This document shows, in pieces, positions 58,951 to 64,000 of a DNA stretch of 64,000 bases. The notes under the pieces are model-generated. The model saw only the letters and a program-made list of their open reading frames with translations. It was not told the origin of the DNA and ran no database searches. The stretch spans positions 3,120-67,119 of the forward strand of contig CAZFKU010000002.1 of the NCBI GenBank assembly GCA_964518835.1, written 5' to 3'. The translations under genes were made by a program, and so were the position numbers. This stretch comes from an uncultured bacterium (GTDB lineage: Bacteria > Fidelibacterota > Marinisomatia > Marinisomatales > AB-629-J13). Position 1 is the stretch's first letter; every line of letters starts with the position of its first letter.

Positions 58951-61900
58951 TTAACTGTTTGAATCAGAAAACCATTTATACAATGCTGGAATGATCAACA
59001 AAGTCAATACCGTTGACGTTACTAAACCACCCACTACTACCGTTGCTAAAGGACGTTGAACTTCGCTACCAGTTCCTGTTGCAAGAAGTAAAGGCAATAA
59101 CCCCAGTGTTGTGGTTATTGCTGTCATTAATACAGGGCGCAGACGCAGCATTGCACCTTTAACTGCTGCATTAGCAGCAGATAACCCCTCTTTTAAAAAT
59201 TGATTAATACAGGTTACCAGAACCATACCGTTTTCCAAAGCGATTCCAAACAGTGCTATAAACCCGATGGATGAGGGTACGGAAAGATTTTGATTTGTTA
59301 TCCACAATGCCACAATTCCGCCAACCAAAGCCAATGGGATATTGAGAAGAATCAACAAAGAATTTTTTACTGAATGAAAATTCAAATACAGCAGGGATAA
59401 TATGATTACTAAAATTATTGGAACAATTACTGCTAATTTTTTATTGGCTTCCTGCTGAAGTTTATACTGTCCTCCCCATTCGGTGAAATAACCGGCTGGC
59501 AGAATTACTCTTTCTTCTAAAACCTGTATAGCTTCTTCAACAAATGTACCAATATCCCGGTTGGACACATTACATTGAACCGTGATAAACCGCTGGTTGT
59601 TTTTTCTGGATATATGCCTGGGTCCCACAACCTCCCGAACTTCTGTCAATTCCGATAAGGACAACAATGCGCCGGAAGGAGATTTTATCATAATATTTTC
59701 AATTGCAGATTTACTCCCACGATACTTTTCCGGATACCTCACAAGAATATTGTACCTTTGAACTCCTTCAAATATTTGTCCTGCTTTTGCACCTCCGATG
59801 GCTGCACTGATCAACTCCTGGACATCAGAAACATTGATTCCATATCTGGCAATAGCGCCTCTATCAATTTCAATAACTAGTTGAGGTGAACCAACAATCT
59901 GGTCAGATTGAACATCTTCTGCTCCCCGAATATTTCTCAACACATTGGTTAATTCTTCACCCTTCTGATTAAGAATATCCAGATCATCACCAAATAATTT
60001 AATAGCCAAATCCCCACGAACACCTTCAATTAATTCGTCCGTCAACATTTTTATTGGCTGAGTAAGAGTAAAATTAACTCCCGGTAGGGAAACCAGTTTC
60101 CTGCGAATTATTTCCTCCATTTCATTAAGGGTTAGATTTTCACTCCATTGATCCTTCGGTTTATAATTAATAAATACATCTCCCAAATTGATAGCCATGA
60201 ATTCTCCCCCAACTTCCCCCGTTCCCATGATGGTTACGACTTCTTCTATTTCTGGAATTGCCAACAGTCTTTTTTCAATCAGCATCGCAAGTCGTTTGCT
60301 CTCATCAAGTGAAATTGACGGTGCCATTTGTATGGTCACAATCGTAGTTCCTTCATCCATTTCGGGGGTGTACTCCGATCCAAGTTGAGGGAAAATGACT
60401 GTTCCAATTAATATCAGTATAACAGTAATAATGACTGGTATCAGAGGTTTTTGAATAAAATAGGATATGAGTGAAAAGTATAATTTATTAGAAGAGACAT
60501 TTGGTTTTTTACCAATTTTAATGTGTTTTCGTTGTAAAAAAAACTTAGACAATGCTGGACTGATAAACAGCCCAAACATCAAAGAACCAATTAATGCCAA
60601 AGACACAGTAAATGCCAATGGTTTAAACATTCTACCTTCCACTCCTTGAATTGTCATAAGGGGCATAAATACAAGAATAATAATTATGGTTGAAAATATG
60701 ACCGGTCGAATAATCTCATGACAGGCATGAATGATAATTTTTACTTTATTTTCCTTTGGATCTGACAGCTGCAGTTTTCTGGTTATATTTTCTACCATCA
60801 CAATAGTATCGTCAACGAGAAGTCCAATGGCAATGGCTAAACCTGATAATGACATAAGATTTGCAGAAATTTCAAAAAACTGCATACCCATAATTGCAAA
60901 TAAAAGCGAAAAAGGAAGGGAAAACGCAACAACCAGACTTGATCGAATATTTCTTAAAAACAATAATAACACAATTACAACCAGAAATGTCCCTTGAAAC
61001 AGAGCATTTGAAACGGTGGATAAACTTGCATTCACAAGGGTTTTTTGTTCGTAATAGGGAACAATTGTTATTCCTTCCGGTAGTATCTGATTAATCTCAG
61101 CTAATTTCTTTTCTATCCTGTTAATAATTGTGGAAGAATTTGTACCAAACAGCTTTACAATTTGACCTGCAACAACTTCCATTTCACCATTTCTTGTCTG
61201 CAAACCACGACGGATTTCACCTCCAATTTTTATTTCCGCAATATCTCTTAAAAATACCGGGGTCCCTTTAATTGACTTAATCACAATTTTACCCAAATCA
61301 TCTATATTTTGCACTAACCCAACTGATCGGATAATAAATTCCTCAGAATTTTTAATGAGATATTGTGCACCAACATTTGAATTATTCTCCTCAATTATTT
61401 TTATTATTTCATTAAGAGTAATATCATATTGAAGCAACGATTCCGGATGTACATAAATTTGAAACTGCTTTTCAAATCCACCGACACTAATGACCTCTGT
61501 TACACCCGGAATTGTGCGGAGTATAGGCTTTATCATCCAGTCCTGAATTGTGCGTAGTTCTCCTAATGAGTAAGCTTTGGTTTGATCTTCAAGATAGTAA
61601 AACATGACAAAACCTAACACTGTGGAAATCGGCCCCATTGCGGGAGTGCCATACCCTTTAGGAATTTGTCTGGAGGCCTCCTGAAGACGCTCATTCACCA
61701 GTTGCCTTGCGAAATAAATATCCGTACCATCCTTAAAGAAAATGTTGACAATGGACAATCCGAATGTTGATATAGAACGAATTTCAACAATATCTGGTAA
61801 TCCTGTCATAGCAACTTCTACAGGATAGGTGATTAATTTTTCCACTTCTTCCGGAGCCAATCCTTCGGTTGTAGTGTACACTCTGACCACAGGAGGAGTA

Positions 61901-62022
61901 ATTTCGGGAAGTGCATCCAAAGGAAGACTCTGATAGCTGTAAATCCCTGCACCCACAATAATCAACCCTGTAAGGACCATTAGAAATCGATTTTCTAATA
62001 TAAATTGAATCAGTTTTTTCAT
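58951..62022 (-). CDS. RND efflux permease, heavy-metal-efflux (CzcA/CusA) type
   Basis: 1023 aa. LPLDALPEITPPVVRVYTTTEGLAPEEVEKLITYPVE, FGLSIVNIFFKDGTDIYFARQLVNERL, 12 TM helices with two large periplasmic loops. Confidence 0.92.
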   Translation of the reverse strand: MKKLIQFILENRFLMVLTGLIIVGAGIYSYQSLPLDALPEITPPVVRVYTTTEGLAPEEVEKLITYPVEVAMTGLPDIVEIRSISTFGLSIVNIFFKDGTDIYFARQLVNERLQEASRQIPKGYGTPAMGPISTVLGFVMFYYLEDQTKAYSLGELRTIQDWMIKPILRTIPGVTEVISVGGFEKQFQIYVHPESLLQYDITLNEIIKIIEENNSNVGAQYLIKNSEEFIIRSVGLVQNIDDLGKIVIKSIKGTPVFLRDIAEIKIGGEIRRGLQTRNGEMEVVAGQIVKLFGTNSSTIINRIEKKLAEINQILPEGITIVPYYEQKTLVNASLSTVSNALFQGTFLVVIVLLLFLRNIRSSLVVAFSLPFSLLFAIMGMQFFEISANLMSLSGLAIAIGLLVDDTIVMVENITRKLQLSDPKENKVKIIIHACHEIIRPVIFSTIIIILVFMPLMTIQGVEGRMFKPLAFTVSLALIGSLMFGLFISPALSKFFLQRKHIKIGKKPNVSSNKLYFSLISYFIQKPLIPVIITVILILIGTVIFPQLGSEYTPEMDEGTTIVTIQMAPSISLDESKRLAMLIEKRLLAIPEIEEVVTIMGTGEVGGEFMAINLGDVFINYKPKDQWSENLTLNEMEEIIRRKLVSLPGVNFTLTQPIKMLTDELIEGVRGDLAIKLFGDDLDILNQKGEELTNVLRNIRGAEDVQSDQIVGSPQLVIEIDRGAIARYGINVSDVQELISAAIGGAKAGQIFEGVQRYNILVRYPEKYRGSKSAIENIMIKSPSGALLSLSELTEVREVVGPRHISRKNNQRFITVQCNVSNRDIGTFVEEAIQVLEERVILPAGYFTEWGGQYKLQQEANKKLAVIVPIILVIILSLLYLNFHSVKNSLLILLNIPLALVGGIVALWITNQNLSVPSSIGFIALFGIALENGMVLVTCINQFLKEGLSAANAAVKGAMLRLRPVLMTAITTTLGLLPLLLATGTGSEVQRPLATVVVGGLVTSTVLTLLIIPALYKWFSDSNS

Positions 62023-62055
62023 TTCTTTATTTCCGAATTATAATTGCTGAATAGT

Positions 62056-63024
62056 CTAATGAATGTGTCCGCCGTCAAACATGTCTCTTCCAAGTTGTGC
62101 CTTTAGAATAAACCCATTTTCCTTTACATACTGCTGTCCAATATTCAATCCTGATAACACTTCAACATGGGATTGATTTTCCTTTCCAAGTGTCAACACA
62201 GAAGGTTCAAATATATGTCCGTCATAAACAAAAACTACTGTGTGTTCATTAACTGTTTCCAATGCTGTTTTTGGGATGAGAACTTTACAATTCGATTTAT
62301 TGATTACAATCTGACCGGTAATAAACTGCCCCGGTTTAAATTGTGAATCTGTGTTTTCTAATATCACTCTTGCTGAAGCTGTTCGTGTATCTTTGTCAAG
62401 AGTGGGAGAAATATAGGATATTTTACCACTTACGGATTTAGTCCCTGAACTGAGAAGAATATTTGTTATTTGTCCAATTTGAAGTTGAGCCAGATATTTT
62501 TGATAAACTGATAGAATAGCCCAAACTTCAGACAGGTCAGCAACTTCAAAATAATGGTCCTGTTTTCGGGCTGTTTCTCCTTTGGTAAAGTGCATGGCAA
62601 TCACAACTCCATTCATGGATGAGCGGAGTTCATAATCCGTTAGACTTTCATTACTCTCTATGACAGCCAATACTTCATCTTTTAAGACATCGTCTCCAAT
62701 TTGCTTAAATACTTCTTTTACTACGCCTTCAAATCTTGGAGTTATATGCGCTAAACGATCCGGACTAATCTGAATTTCACCCGGCAAATCAATTCTTTCT
62801 TCTAAAAAGCCTTCGGAAGCAATCCCGATTTGGATACCGGTTTCCTTCAGTATTTCAGGTGAAAAAGACAGTTCGGAATGATGTTCATCATCATGCTTAT
62901 GTGTATGTCCGTCATGATGGGCTGAATGAGATTTATTTTCATGACTATGATGAAAAAAGTACTGAGTTCCTAAAAAGGTGACCACAACTGTTGCTGCAAT
63001 AATGATTAAAATTTGTTTTTTCAT
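62056..63024 (-). CDS. RND efflux periplasmic adaptor (CzcB/CusB-like) with a His-rich N-terminus
   Basis: 322 aa. TM anchor, then HHSHENKSHSAHHDGHTHKHDDEHH (11 His in residues 25-49). Barrel-sandwich/beta-barrel adaptor pattern (GVVKEVFKQIGDDVLKDEVLAVIES, PGQFITGQI). Confidence 0.85.
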   Translation of the reverse strand: MKKQILIIIAATVVVTFLGTQYFFHHSHENKSHSAHHDGHTHKHDDEHHSELSFSPEILKETGIQIGIASEGFLEERIDLPGEIQISPDRLAHITPRFEGVVKEVFKQIGDDVLKDEVLAVIESNESLTDYELRSSMNGVVIAMHFTKGETARKQDHYFEVADLSEVWAILSVYQKYLAQLQIGQITNILLSSGTKSVSGKISYISPTLDKDTRTASARVILENTDSQFKPGQFITGQIVINKSNCKVLIPKTALETVNEHTVVFVYDGHIFEPSVLTLGKENQSHVEVLSGLNIGQQYVKENGFILKAQLGRDMFDGGHIH

Positions 63025-63026
63025 AA

Positions 63027-64000
63027 TTAATTTTCCTTCCTAAAGTGTGTGTGATTTGCAACTCCAGTAATGCGGTCTAATTCAAAAAAATATGTGTGGT
63101 AATATTTTAATGCTTTTATATACTGTTCCCGGGATTGAAACCACATTTTTTGGGCATCCACCACATCCAGATATGTGAAACGACCGTTTAAATATCCGTC
63201 TGTAATTATTGTATAGGCATCCTTAGCTTCAGGAATTATATTTTCCTTCAAAATTTCAATTTCAGAATTCAATCTCCCCAGTTCTGCTTTCAAATTTCTT
63301 ATCTCAAGATAAAGTTGTGATTCAATTGTATTATGATTCAGACTTGATTGTTCTAATTCAAAAATAGCGCTATTTATGTTTCCCTGATTTCGATTAAAAA
63401 CAGGAAGGGGAATTGACATTCCAATTTGAAATGTGTTTCCGGAATGCTCATTTTGCTTCATACCGGTCCCTAAACTTAAATCTGGAATTACTTCCGCTTT
63501 TTCAATCTGAACCTGTACTTTTTTAATTTCCATCAATACATTTGAGAGTTGAATTTCAAGTGAATTTTCTAAACCTACATTCTGTGGGATTTCAGGTACA
63601 TTTTCCAATTTACCCTCAGCTATGGTAAGGTAACCATTCTCATTCCCCCAAAATGATCTAAGCGTATTCCAGTAGGTCTCAATAGATTTTTCAGTAGAAC
63701 TCAGGTTCAATTTCTCATGATAAAGTTGGATTTTTACTCTGGATCTTTCCGCTGAAGATAATTTTCCCGCTTTAACTTTTCTATCAACTTTAGTCAATAA
63801 ATCATTGGAAATGGAAATGAGTTCTTCCTGAAACGACTTGGTTTTTTGTAAAAACAGAATGTTAGTAAAAATTTTCAAAGCTTCTGATACTTTAGATTGT
63901 TTTACAATCTCAAAATCTATTTCCGCTCTTTTCACTTGAAGTTCTTTCTGGCGCAAATTTTGTTTTCTTTTTCCACCTAAAGGGATTGGCTGAAAAATCA
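63027..64000 (-). CDS. TolC/CzcC-family outer membrane efflux protein (N-terminus beyond the right edge)
   Basis: The ORF track starts at TTG 63956, but the frame stays open to 64000 (...IFQPIPLGGKRKQNLRQKELQVKR). Coiled-coil-rich OEP repeat pattern; PLPVFNRNQGNI is typical of OEP family proteins. Confidence 0.75.
   Translation of the reverse strand, partial: IFQPIPLGGKRKQNLRQKELQVKRAEIDFEIVKQSKVSEALKIFTNILFLQKTKSFQEELISISNDLLTKVDRKVKAGKLSSAERSRVKIQLYHEKLNLSSTEKSIETYWNTLRSFWGNENGYLTIAEGKLENVPEIPQNVGLENSLEIQLSNVLMEIKKVQVQIEKAEVIPDLSLGTGMKQNEHSGNTFQIGMSIPLPVFNRNQGNINSAIFELEQSSLNHNTIESQLYLEIRNLKAELGRLNSEIEILKENIIPEAKDAYTIITDGYLNGRFTYLDVVDAQKMWFQSREQYIKALKYYHTYFFELDRITGVANHTHFRKEN

Overview
AT-rich, tightly packed bacterial chromosomal segment with about 62 protein genes; many adjacent genes overlap start-to-stop by 1-4 nt (ATGA/GTGA/TTGA). 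I found no rRNA, tRNA, CRISPR array, transposase, integrase or prophage genes. The content is mostly core housekeeping of a diderm bacterium. The repertoire looks FCB-superphylum-like: archaeal/eukaryal-type ProRS, a DGGGPS-like UbiA prenyltransferase, PepC, an HhH plus beta-rich envelope protein, and BamA/Skp/Lpx. This lineage call is inference only.

Gene blocks, left to right:
- recO(partial)-proS, ftsB-like, eno
- a surface-glycan locus (FemAB-like GNAT, Wzx flippase, three glycosyltransferases)
- an insulated locus of two paralogous tiny membrane proteins
- two putative outer-membrane proteins plus amidase, murI, folC, rho
- an orphan Cas6-like gene; an aminotransferase
- a coupled string rpmE-DUF1385-prfA-prmC-ubiA-dnaE-dtd
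- a B12-binding domain protein plus a TPR-like protein; peptidases/HAD/aminotransferase
- FGGY kinase and MFS transporter (minus strand); fdxA-mrp
- an envelope supercluster uppS-bamA-skp-lpxD-lpxC-fabZ-lpxA-X-dxr-rseP
- DUF3108-tsaC-lpxL-like (minus strand); nfeD-floA-X
- a minus-strand M23 peptidase gene followed by a tight string rhomboid-cdd-tdk-nupC-adk-coaE
- an HME-type RND efflux operon running off the right edge

Most worth a second look:
1. A stand-alone Cas6/RAMP-like protein with an exact glycine-rich loop and a ~95-aa lysine-rich tail, with no CRISPR or cas context (17580-18575).
2. A terminator-bracketed pair of paralogous 68/71-aa membrane proteins, preceded by a leader that carries a palindromic terminator hairpin (9236-9987).
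3. An archaeal DGGGP-synthase-like UbiA gene translationally coupled inside a translation/replication operon (23008-23856).
4. lpxA, whose conserved N-terminus lies upstream of any canonical start codon, implying an ATT start (43687).
5. An Mrp/ApbC homolog that has lost the CXXC cluster ligands (36351-37463).

All family assignments come from reading the translated ORFs by eye; no database search was run.
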